Shown in pieces: positions 1-8,154 of a stretch of 16,514 bases of DNA. A program made the position numbers and the translations under genes. How positions within the stretch are numbered: position 1 is the stretch's first letter; each line of letters begins with the position of its first letter. Source of the DNA: Coleofasciculus sp. B1-GNL1-01 (GTDB taxonomy: Bacteria; Cyanobacteriota; Cyanobacteriia; Cyanobacteriales; Coleofasciculaceae); the NCBI GenBank assembly GCA_040220235.1, contig JAVJTO010000111.1. One strand, written 5' to 3'. The notes under the pieces were generated by a model, which ran no database searches, had not been told where the DNA came from, and saw only the letters and a list, made by a program, of their open reading frames with translations.

Positions 1-35
1 GGAATAGGGAATGGGCAATGGGCAATGGGCAATGG
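1..35. repeat. Heptamer short tandem repeat (STRR), GCAATGG-type, about 5 units, cut by window edge
   Basis: ggaatag ggaatgg gcaatgg gcaatgg gcaatgg; typical cyanobacterial STRR. Confidence 0.85.
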
Positions 36-240
36 TTTCACCCCTCTGTCGAGGGAAAATTTGGTGCTGTTGTCGGCGAAAAGTTCAGGATACAAGAGGG
101 GGGTAGTATAAAAACCTTGCACTTGTTGGGTCGAAAAATGGATGGAAACCCCTATCTGGTCTACCTTACACATCAGGGTAAGCTCATCTAATTTGGTATA
201 AATTGTACTTGACAAAAGTCAGACTCATTATGGAGTAAGA

Positions 241-355
241 GAAGGGGTTTGCGATCGCGCCCCTAACGGGGTAAGCCAAAACTGTTATCGAGCGGTCATT
301 GTGGAGGAAGACGAAGGGGTTTGCGAGTACGCCCTTGATGGAGGTAAGTCAAACT
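241..355. repeat. Two imperfect ~43-bp direct repeats, each with an AGGGG...CCCCT/CCCTT hairpin, in the IS leader
   Basis: Copy 1 from 241 (...ggtttgcgatcgcgcccct...gtaagccaaaact) and copy 2 from 313 (...ggtttgcgagtacgccctt...gtaagtcaaact), followed by a tandem aaactataatctat duplication (351-378). Confidence 0.7.
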
Positions 356-411
356 ATAATCTATAAACTATAATCTATTTTAATTTGAGTCAATAAAGGG
401 AGAATTCGCCC

Positions 412-1065
412 ATGACAAAGGGTTTTGGGTCTCAATTAAAAACCGCAGCAATATCTTACTCTCAAACAGTTGAAAAACCTCAGTTTAACTCGATCAATGC
501 CATCCAAGATAATTTATTAAGTTATATCGAAGACATCCAAGACCCTCGGGTTCCCAGAACTCAAAAACATCTCTTCAAAGATGTTTTAGTCATTGCCATC
601 TTAGCTGTTATTGCTGGAGCCAAGGGTTGGGAAGATATGGAAAATTATGGCATCGCTAAACAACAGTGGTTACAAGAATTTTTAGATTTACCCAATGGCA
701 TTCAAGCGTGATGATACTTTTCGGCTAATTTTTGAACGAATCAATCCTGAATCTCACTAAACACGAAATTACAGCGATTCCTGCTCTTTTAAAATTATTA
801 GATATTACGGGCGCAATTGTTACCCTTGATGCCATGGGTACTCAATATGATATTATTCAGCTCATTCGAGACAAAAAAGCTGATTATATTGTCTCTCTTT
901 CGTTCTTTTCATAGCCCTCGTAACTTGGCTCTTTTAAAACGCTTGGCACTTAATGCACTCAATCAGGAGACATCCTTTAAACGTAGTCTTAGACAAAAAA
1001 GCCAACAGGCGGCCATGAATAATGACTATATGATTACTGTTCTCAACTCCTTTTGTCAAGCTTGA
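412..1065 (+). pseudogene. ISAs1-family DDE transposase, frameshifted and with two internal deletions
   Basis: Fragments in different frames: IEDIQDPR...AILAVIAGAKGWEDMENYG...LPNGI; DDTFRLIFERINPES; HEITAIPALL...IVTLDAMG...DYIVSL; RSFHSPRNLALLKRLALNAL...FCQA. Segments between them are missing. Confidence 0.9.
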
Positions 1066-1659
1066 TTGAGATGCTCTTACCCTGCCTTACGCATTTATAC
1101 AGCAAGCCCTACGTATCAGTAATAACCTTCTGCCTTTTGCGATAAGTTCGATACTTCGATTACTGAACTGATGGGATTAGGTGAGCATCTACCTAAAGAG
1201 ACAGAAATTAGCGTAGTCAATTCAACCCAAAGATAGGATAAAAATCCTTATACATGAGTCATTGACTCAGCGAGTTGGCATTCAGGCTGCCGATAATGAT
1301 TTAGGTCAGGTAAATTGTATATAAGCAGGCACTATATTACTGAAATACGTCTTCGCTTATACTGAATTTATATCTTAAGTTAGTAATAATTTACAGGAGT
1401 CGGATGTTAATCTGAAACTTGAAAATTAGGAATCGCCTAAAACTACTAAGCTCATGTTTCTAGATTCATAATCCAAAATCGATAAAATATAACCGTATGA
1501 ATGTTATAATAACCAGCCTATTTATTCAGTGTGATTCTAAGATGGCTTTTGTCGGGAAGCAATATACTCTGCTTAAGTAGTTTTCTTGGTTTTAACCGGA
1601 ATGAATTTATGAACTATCTGGATATAACTTTTGTTAATTGACTGAATAAAGAATTCTAA

Positions 1660-1793
1660 TAAGTAGGTGGGGACAATTAAAGTTAACGGTTGGGAACTCG
1701 CTGTCCTTGAGAAGCAAGTTACGTCCTTTGTAAGGGTGTGATGTTTGTTAACATAACTTCATAAAGTTGAGTTTATTTCCACCAACCTACTTA
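1660..1793. mobile_element. MITE with TAAGTAGGT(G/T)GG terminal inverted repeats
   Basis: Left taagtaggtggggacaattaaa; right tttatttccaccaacctactta; ~134 bp, TA at both ends; related ends at 6067-6191 and 9246. Confidence 0.7.
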
Positions 1794-1837
1794 ATTCTCA
1801 ATTCCTTGTCGCCCAGTCTAAATCCTAAACTTTATTC

Positions 1838-1865
1838 TTGTCTGACTCCTTATGATATCTATAAT
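1838..1865 (+). promoter_or_regulatory. Candidate sigma70-type promoter of the diguanylate cyclase gene
   Basis: TTGTCT-N16-TATAAT ending 46 nt before ATG 1912. A second candidate is the extended -10 TGtTATAAT at 1502-1510. The region is AT-rich, so chance matches are possible. Confidence 0.35.
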
Positions 1866-1911
1866 TTAAGCTAAACTTTAGATCTACTTAATAACTCATA
1901 GGATTATAACC

Positions 1912-3438
1912 ATGAATGGACTAAAATTAAATCAACCATTTTTAGTAGATAGTCAAAATCTCAAAATTCTCTTAATTGAAGATAATCGTGTAGAAGCTGA
2001 ATTAATCCAAGAATTATTTTCAGCAGTAAACACGAATCAATTCGCCATAACCCATGCTCAACGATTGAGTCAAGGCATAAAAAAATTGATAGAGTTTACC
2101 TTCGACATTATTTTACTCGATCTATCTCTTCCGGATAGTCAAGGATTAAATACTGTAATTCAAGTCAAAGCAAAAGCGCCCACGACTCCAATTGTTGTTT
2201 TAACCTCTCTTAACGATCAAAAGTTAGCAATTCAAGTGGTTCGTGAAGGCGCTCAAGATTATTTAATCAAGGGGCAATTTGCTGGAGAAAACTTGATACG
2301 GGCTATACGCTATGCCATTGAACGGGAGCGCGATCGCGAGGCAATTCGACAGCAGGCTAAACGGGAGCGAATCTTAGAGCGTATGGTTGAGCAGATCCGA
2401 CGCTCATTAGATCTCGAAGAAATTTTACACACCACTGTCACCCAAGTCCGTCAATTCCTGAAAACTGATCGGGTTCTCATCTATCGCTATCAGGCAGACA
2501 AATTTCCTACTATGCTTTTAGAAGCGGCTGACTATAGCAATAGTTATCCGGAGATTCCGGCAATTCATGAACTTTTAAATTTGCCTCAGATATTGTTCTA
2601 TAATGAACAGTTTATTCAAGTTATTAACAATCAAAAACCATCTAACCTAAAACCAAAATTGATCCATTGGCACAAGCAATCCGTTTTAGCGATACCCATC
2701 TGTAACAGTGAATCCGATCTAAAAAAACCTCAGTCTCCTGTGTTCCATCGATTATGGGGGATAATTATTGCTCATCATTGTACCCCTAATCGTCAATGGC
2801 AAACTTGGGAAATTGATTGTTTAAACCAGTTAGTCAAACAGGTCTCTATTGCGATTCAACAGTCAGAACTTTATCAAAAGGTAAAGAGAGATAACCAACA
2901 CCTACAGAAACTGGTCAAAATAGACAGTTTAACCGGAATCGCCAATCGCCGCCGTTTCGATCAAGTCTTAGCCGAGGAATTAAGCTGTTCTCGACGTAAC
3001 TTAACTCCTCTATCCTTGATCTTGTGTGATATTGACTTTTTTAAAGCCTACAACGATACCTACGGTCATTGGGTTGGAGATAATTGTTTAAAAGAAGTTG
3101 CCGAAGCCATCTGCCAAGCGGCTCAACGACCGAGTGATTTAGTTGCTCGCTATGGCGGTGAAGAATTTGTCGTGATTCTTTCCAATACAGATAATCCAGG
3201 CGCTTTTATCGTTGCCCAAAAAATCCGCTACCAAATGGATAAACTCAAGCGTCCCCATGCCAAATCTCCGATTCATCCCTGGGTAACGCTCAGTTTAGGA
3301 ATTGCTACAACGACTCCATCCCGTCAACTTTCGTCCAGTGAATTAGTCCAACTAGCCGATCGCGCCCTCTACAAAGCCAAAGCCTTAGGACGCGATCGTA
3401 TTTTCTCCGCTAACTCTGACCCGGATTTTCAGGTGTAA
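1912..3438 (+). CDS. Response regulator diguanylate cyclase (REC-GAF-GGDEF)
   Basis: REC: KILLIEDN...DIILLDLSLPD...VVLTS...DYLIK. GAF: DRVLIYR...LWGIIIAHHC...RQW. GGDEF: DSLTGIANRRRF, DIDFFKAYNDTYGH, I-site RPSD, active site RYGGEEF. Confidence 0.95.
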   Translation: MNGLKLNQPFLVDSQNLKILLIEDNRVEAELIQELFSAVNTNQFAITHAQRLSQGIKKLIEFTFDIILLDLSLPDSQGLNTVIQVKAKAPTTPIVVLTSLNDQKLAIQVVREGAQDYLIKGQFAGENLIRAIRYAIERERDREAIRQQAKRERILERMVEQIRRSLDLEEILHTTVTQVRQFLKTDRVLIYRYQADKFPTMLLEAADYSNSYPEIPAIHELLNLPQILFYNEQFIQVINNQKPSNLKPKLIHWHKQSVLAIPICNSESDLKKPQSPVFHRLWGIIIAHHCTPNRQWQTWEIDCLNQLVKQVSIAIQQSELYQKVKRDNQHLQKLVKIDSLTGIANRRRFDQVLAEELSCSRRNLTPLSLILCDIDFFKAYNDTYGHWVGDNCLKEVAEAICQAAQRPSDLVARYGGEEFVVILSNTDNPGAFIVAQKIRYQMDKLKRPHAKSPIHPWVTLSLGIATTTPSRQLSSSELVQLADRALYKAKALGRDRIFSANSDPDFQV

Positions 3439-3442
3439 ATCC

Positions 3443-3850
3443 CTACCAAAGACGATTACGACTGGCGTTGACTCGCGCTCCCTGAGTGCGATTGACTTCA
3501 TCCAAAAATATCTCGGTTTCCTCAACTAAACGATTCAAATCTAGACAATCTGCACAAGCCGGATTCGGAGTTCCCGGTTCTCTAGCAAATCGACGCGGAG
3601 CCTCTGGCTGAACCGCATTACAGCAACCCTCAGCCGCTTCTTCTAAGGCTTGATCCAGACGACGGGCATTCTCTAATATAGCTGGATCTAATTCGCCATC
3701 TTGATCAAAAATAGGTGCAGTATTATTCCAGATATTCGTTCCGGTAATATCTGATTGGTTGGGGGGTTGAGCATTGGTAGATGTTGTGATTAACCCAGTA
3801 CCCATGACTAACGTTGTTATAGTCCAAACTATCTGTTGCTTTACTTTCAT
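3443..3850 (-). CDS. Small secreted hypothetical protein (signal peptide; CC and CxxC cysteines); start more likely 3850 than 3883
   Basis: MKVKQQIVWTITTLVMGTGLITTSTNA looks like a Sec signal; ATG at 3850; co-oriented with the upstream 576-aa gene. Confidence 0.75.
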   Translation of the reverse strand: MKVKQQIVWTITTLVMGTGLITTSTNAQPPNQSDITGTNIWNNTAPIFDQDGELDPAILENARRLDQALEEAAEGCCNAVQPEAPRRFAREPGTPNPACADCLDLNRLVEETEIFLDEVNRTQGARVNASRNRLW

Positions 3851-3886
3851 CAAAGTTACTCCATATTCCAATTTATACAACACTCA

Positions 3887-4019
3887 GTCAGGGCGGGTTT
3901 TGCACAAACGTTATCATCAATGCAAAAAGAAAGTCCCATTACCCGCCCCTACGTCAGGGTAGATTTTGCACAAATGTTATCATCAACAGCGAAAAGAAAG
4001 TCCCATTACCCACCCCTAC
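3887..4019. repeat. Tandem duplication of a 66/67-bp GTAG-type REP-like element
   Basis: Units 3887-3952 and 3953-4019, each gtcaggg(cgggt/tagat)...tcccattaccc(g/a)cccctac with inverted-repeat ends. Confidence 0.85.
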
Positions 4020-4023
4020 ATAC

Positions 4024-5754
4024 TCAAAACTTAAACGCGAACCCTGCACCCAAAACAAATCGCGCCCCATCTCCAGCCCCGGCAATATCTCGCAATGCTG
4101 GGGTAATCACCAATGGAATATTTTTAAAGGGAGCAATGGACACACCCACGCCCAAGTCTTGTCCACTCCATTCAGCAATTAAACTCACAGGTTCAGCCAC
4201 CCGCACCGCAACGTTACCAAATACATTAATCGTGCCATTATCATCCTCTACCGCCTCCTCCGTGCGAAACTGTCCATTACCGATTCCCGCCGTTATCGCC
4301 ACACGACTAAAGGGTTGATTAATATCCTCTCGCGTCCGAATAATCTTACTCACCACGCCATAAACGGAATTCTCAAAGTCATTATCATCACCCAGGTTAA
4401 TCAAGCCATTCCAACCCGCTGCAACTGCCCAACCTTGAGGTAAGCGACGATGCACTTTAGCGTTAAAACCACCACTGCCAAAATCTCGATTAGACCCTAA
4501 ACTGGCAAGTGCGTATGAAAGTTCTACCCCCACAGACTTCTCCGCATCACCCAACCCAATCCCAATGCCTAACGCCCCATCATCAACATCACTATAGCGG
4601 GTGCGTTCTTGATAGGTAGCGCTAACAAACCCTGTATTGCGATGAGCGCCATAGGCTGTAGGAATGACAATACTCAAAGCTGGGGAGGCACGTAAGGGTG
4701 CTTGAGGGTCTATATCTTCGAGCGATCGCAACTCCTCTTGCAAGCGGTTAACCTCCCGACAGGGTGCGGGTTGTGTCCGTTGATTGGGTGCTTGTGCCAA
4801 CATCGTTTGTTGAGTCGCACTACAGGGCTTTTTCGGATTAAGGGCAACAGGTTGGCTGTTTTCCTTATCCTCCTTGTCTGCGTGATTTTCCCTGTCTATG
4901 GCAAAAGTCTTGACATCAGGATCATCTCGTGTATATTTTTCCTCTCTAGGTTGGCGATTTTTCCCTGTCTGTCTAGCACTCACCACGGTTGGCACAACTT
5001 GGTCGAGAGGTTCTAATTCTGGCGATGCCATCTCCAACTTAGATGTGTCTAGAGTGGGCAAGGTTAATTCAGACTCCCCGGAAAACTCCAGTCTGACTCT
5101 ATCTTCCTCAATGGGGGATTGGTGAGTGATTGGTGACGGGTGAGTCGGAAATTCTTCCCATTTTTCTATCTCGCCAACTTCCCTATTTTCCTGATCATCT
5201 TGCCTGACTAAGCCAACCGAACTATCAGAGTTTATATCAGGTTCATCTAAACAGTTATCATTTCCTTCTACCTTGCCACATACTTCCTTCTCTTCTGCCC
5301 GATTGGTGAGCCTGTCGAACCTCTGCCCGATTGGTGAGCCTGTCGAACCTCTGCCTCCTGCCTGCAAAAAGCCTTCTGGCGTAAATTCCTGGACAATCAT
5401 AGATTCTGGTGAGGCAACCGCTTGAGCGCTAGTTGTTGAGGTTACTGATGATCCTGCCTGGATTTCACTGGGTTCAATTGGGGTTGGGATAATAATATCA
5501 GGCTGATAAGTCGTCTTCACTGAAGACGTTGCCCAAGCGGGATGGGACAAACCTGGGACAGCAATTGCCGCTACGCTATAGAGGGCAAGGCTAGAAACAT
5601 TCTGTAGCGATGTGTTTAGGCGGCTATCGCTTTTTTTATCTAACGTTTGCGGAACAGGTTGATGTTCCCTTGTGTAACATTTATTAGCAGGATGTAAATT
5701 TTGATAACGGCCATTCGCATTCAGTTGGGCTGTCACAGTCTTAAATCCTTCCAA
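4024..5754 (-). CDS. Exported protein with long disordered N-region and a C-terminal putative outer-membrane beta-barrel domain
   Basis: 576-aa ORF (TTG start, uncertain); signal-like LALYSVAAIAVPGLSHPAWA; C-terminal ~220 aa Gly-rich with alternating hydrophobic strands, ending in GFAFKF (terminal Phe typical of OMPs). Confidence 0.75.
   Translation of the reverse strand: MEGFKTVTAQLNANGRYQNLHPANKCYTREHQPVPQTLDKKSDSRLNTSLQNVSSLALYSVAAIAVPGLSHPAWATSSVKTTYQPDIIIPTPIEPSEIQAGSSVTSTTSAQAVASPESMIVQEFTPEGFLQAGGRGSTGSPIGQRFDRLTNRAEEKEVCGKVEGNDNCLDEPDINSDSSVGLVRQDDQENREVGEIEKWEEFPTHPSPITHQSPIEEDRVRLEFSGESELTLPTLDTSKLEMASPELEPLDQVVPTVVSARQTGKNRQPREEKYTRDDPDVKTFAIDRENHADKEDKENSQPVALNPKKPCSATQQTMLAQAPNQRTQPAPCREVNRLQEELRSLEDIDPQAPLRASPALSIVIPTAYGAHRNTGFVSATYQERTRYSDVDDGALGIGIGLGDAEKSVGVELSYALASLGSNRDFGSGGFNAKVHRRLPQGWAVAAGWNGLINLGDDNDFENSVYGVVSKIIRTREDINQPFSRVAITAGIGNGQFRTEEAVEDDNGTINVFGNVAVRVAEPVSLIAEWSGQDLGVGVSIAPFKNIPLVITPALRDIAGAGDGARFVLGAGFAFKF
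5294..5355. repeat. 28-bp perfect tandem repeat (2.2 copies) inside the CDS, small dispersed repeat type
   Basis: tctgcccgattggtgagcctgtcgaacc at 5294-5321 and 5322-5349, plus tctgcc. Confidence 0.9.
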
Positions 5755-6066
5755 GGGTGTTGTCTTGTTTTACAGAAATTGCCTTCTGGATCAGGACAAA
5801 ACTAGCCACCCCGGAAAGGTCGCGTAAACTGGGTTATTTTCTTTTCGCCAGAGATTCCCCTGCCTGCTTTTGAATTATGGCAATTGAATCAGATGCTTAT
5901 GACTTCAATCTGATTCCTCAGAGTAATTATACAGAATTATACAGAATTATGAGGATTTTAAAAAGTTTATAAATTATCTTGAACACGGAAAAAAATCAAT
6001 AAAAAACGCCGATAAAATAAATAACGGAATTCATTAAGCCAAAACATCTGTGGTTTACATCTTGCC

Positions 6067-6191
6067 TAAGTCGCTGGGTAAAAACAAACTATATTAATTT
6101 ATGTAAAATTTTCTCAACCCCTGACCCCTGACCAATGACCCATGACCCATGACGATCCCCGCCTTTACCCTTAATTTTTCCCACCTACTTA
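6067..6191. mobile_element. MITE of the TAAGTAGGTGGG family containing a heptamer STRR
   Basis: Left taagtcgctgggtaaaaa; right tttttcccacctactta; internal ccctgac ccctgac caatgac ccatgac ccatgac. Confidence 0.7.
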
Positions 6192-6198
6192 AATAAAT

Positions 6199-7299
6199 AT
6201 GCCTCGACCTACTGTATACATCGCGATCACCAACCATGGCTTTGGTCATGCGGTTCGTGCGGCTTGTGCCGCCGCCGCCATCCAAAATCTCTGTCCAGAC
6301 ATCCTGCTAATTTTAGTAACCACAGCCCCACGTTGGTTATTGGACTCTTATATTCCCGGAGATTTTATTCATCGCCCCCGCGCCTTTGATATTGGCGTGA
6401 TTCAGTCGGATAGCTTGACCATGGATAAGGCGGCGACGTTGGCAAAACTTAAGCAAATTCGTGCCTCCGAAAATTCAATCATTGCCAGTGAAGTTAGTTT
6501 TATCCAAACCAATCGTGTCGGACTTGTACTCGGGGATATTCCTCCCTTAGCTGCCAAAATCGCTAAAACAGCAGGGATTCCCGGTTGGATGATTAGTAAC
6601 TTCGGTTGGGACTTTATTTACCGGGCGTGGGGTGGAGAATTTGTCGAGATTGCCGATTGGATTAGCAAATGTTACAGCGTCTGCGATCGCTTGTTTCGTC
6701 TCCCCTTACACGAACCGATGACAGCATTCCCCCAGATCACCGATGTAGGACTCACAGGGGGGACACCCAGTTATCCAGTCAGCCAGTTGCGGGAAAAGCT
6801 GGGTTTAACCTCACCCCCAGAGAAAACAGTATTACTCACCTTTGGTGGACTTAGTTTGCAGGCAATTCCCTACAGTACACTGTCCCAGTTTCCCGACTGG
6901 CAATTCATCACCTTTGATCCCAATGCCCCCGATTTACCCAATTTAGTGAAAATTTTGGGTCGAGACTACCGCCCTGTGGATATGATGCCCTTGTGTGGAC
7001 GAGTGGTATCTAAACCGGGATACAGTACCTTCGCCGAAGCACTACGTCTAGACATTCCCATCGTCTCCCTCACCCGCGAAGATTTTGCCGAATCTCCCTT
7101 CCTACTGGAAGGTATTCAAAATTATGCGTACCATCAAATTGTGACCCCTAAAGAATTTTTCCAAGGTCACTGGGAATTTTTACACCAATCTCTCAATCCT
7201 CCCAGACAATCCCAGCCTATCGCCAAAGATGGGGCTGACGCGATCGCGCAAGCTGTTGTCCATTATTTACAAACTCACTCATCCCGTTCTCGAACCTGA
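6199..7299 (+). CDS. GT-B fold glycosyltransferase-like protein (similar to the N-terminal domain of plant L-arabinokinase)
   Basis: ITNHGFGHAVR N-terminal motif, ISNFGWDFIY, LLTFGG, VVSKPGYSTFAEA sugar-nucleotide-binding region. Confidence 0.85.
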   Translation: MPRPTVYIAITNHGFGHAVRAACAAAAIQNLCPDILLILVTTAPRWLLDSYIPGDFIHRPRAFDIGVIQSDSLTMDKAATLAKLKQIRASENSIIASEVSFIQTNRVGLVLGDIPPLAAKIAKTAGIPGWMISNFGWDFIYRAWGGEFVEIADWISKCYSVCDRLFRLPLHEPMTAFPQITDVGLTGGTPSYPVSQLREKLGLTSPPEKTVLLTFGGLSLQAIPYSTLSQFPDWQFITFDPNAPDLPNLVKILGRDYRPVDMMPLCGRVVSKPGYSTFAEALRLDIPIVSLTREDFAESPFLLEGIQNYAYHQIVTPKEFFQGHWEFLHQSLNPPRQSQPIAKDGADAIAQAVVHYLQTHSSRSRT

Positions 7300-7300
7300 C

Positions 7301-8143
7301 ATGATAGCTACTGTGAATTCTCTGCTAGACAAAACCGCACCTACCTCGAAAACCGTAGATACACCGGAAACGCCCACAAAAGGCAATAGTTCAGATCTGA
7401 CTCAAACGTCAGACAAGCCAAAAACGCCTGACAAGCCAAAAACGCCAGAGACTACAGAGAAGACGAAGACGGCTAAAACGCCCAAGACAACGGAAACCGC
7501 CAAAAACCAGAAAGGTTCAGAACCCGCTGAAACCGTCAAACCTGCCCAACCCCCTAAAACCCCGGAGGTGACGAAGACTAAAACAGCCAAGACGACGAAA
7601 ACCACCAAGACGACTAAACCCTCAGACCAGAAAAAAGAGGGTAAAGAGAGTTCCACATCGTCTACCCTGGAATTAGCCGCTCATGATGTCCGCTTGGTCA
7701 TTGATCAGCAACGGGAGCAAAGCCAAACCTTAACCACGAAGTTAAATATCTTATTTGTTACCAACGGCGCTTTGTTCACTAGCTTAACCATATCACGGTT
7801 GTTATTCTTTCCCAACGGCTTTAGCCTTGCCGAACTTTTCGGATTTCTGGTAAATTTTACCCTGCTGATCAACGCCTTCTTACCGCGCCAGTTAGCGGTT
7901 AGCCCCAATTTGGGCGATAAGAAATTTTTGGAACGTTATCTCGTCCTGTCGCCAGATGAATATCAACTACGAATGATTGTTAACCTAGTAGAGACCTATA
8001 ATGCAAACAAGCAGCGATTGGAGGATGTCTCATCATCCTTACAATATTCTGCCTATGTGACCTGGGGGTTAGCCTTGGTTGTTACCTTGCATGTTGTAGG
8101 GATTTACTTCGTGCCGTTGATTGACCTGAGTAGTTTTGGCTAG
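7301..8143 (+). CDS. Hypothetical membrane protein: Lys/Thr/Pro-rich disordered N-terminus plus about 3 C-terminal TM helices (280 aa from ATG 7301)
   Basis: ATG 7301 follows the upstream TGA (7299) by 1 nt; KTP/KTT repeats; hydrophobic segments NILFVTNGALFTSLTI, LFGFLVNFTLLINAFL, YVTWGLALVVTLHVVGIYFV. Confidence 0.8.
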   Translation: MIATVNSLLDKTAPTSKTVDTPETPTKGNSSDLTQTSDKPKTPDKPKTPETTEKTKTAKTPKTTETAKNQKGSEPAETVKPAQPPKTPEVTKTKTAKTTKTTKTTKPSDQKKEGKESSTSSTLELAAHDVRLVIDQQREQSQTLTTKLNILFVTNGALFTSLTISRLLFFPNGFSLAELFGFLVNFTLLINAFLPRQLAVSPNLGDKKFLERYLVLSPDEYQLRMIVNLVETYNANKQRLEDVSSSLQYSAYVTWGLALVVTLHVVGIYFVPLIDLSSFG

Positions 8144-8154
8144 GTCTTGCGATT

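Larger units (their letters stand above)
174..1084 (+). mobile_element. ISAs1-family insertion sequence, internally deleted (911 bp), non-autonomous
   Basis: IRL cagggtaagctcatct (174-189) vs IRR reverse complement cagggtaagagcatct (1084-1069), 14/16 match. Flanking 10-bp direct repeats ccttacacat (164-173) and ccttacgcat (1085-1094). Contains ISAs1 transposase fragments. Confidence 0.9.
1..1110. mobile_element. Putative MITE (AGGGCTTGCTG-type end, STRR-containing) interrupted by the ISAs1 element; other end outside the window
   Basis: Removing 174-1094 joins ...ctaccttacacat to ttatacagcaagccct(a). cagcaagccct resembles the terminal repeat of cyanobacterial MITEs that carry STRRs near one end (recognised from memory). 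Second TIR not visible. Confidence 0.5.

Noticed and set aside
209..237. TTGACA promoter in the IS left end
   Set aside because: No convincing -10 hexamer at 16-18 bp spacing
1111..1911. c-di-GMP riboswitch upstream of the cyclase
   Set aside because: Could not find the GEMM core (GNRA-capped stem plus GCAAA motif) by eye; would need a covariance-model search
3887..4019. Possible CRISPR mini-array
   Set aside because: Two adjacent near-identical 66/67-bp units with no unique spacers and no cas genes; REP-like palindromic ends
3774..5125. Plus-strand ORFs 3774-3962, 3836-4318, 4702-5016, 4898-5125
   Set aside because: Antisense shadows of the minus-strand genes and REP DNA; no recognisable motifs
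7229..7300. Upstream start of the 304-aa ORF
   Set aside because: Overlaps the glycosyltransferase by 71 nt; ATG 7301 right after its stop is more plausible
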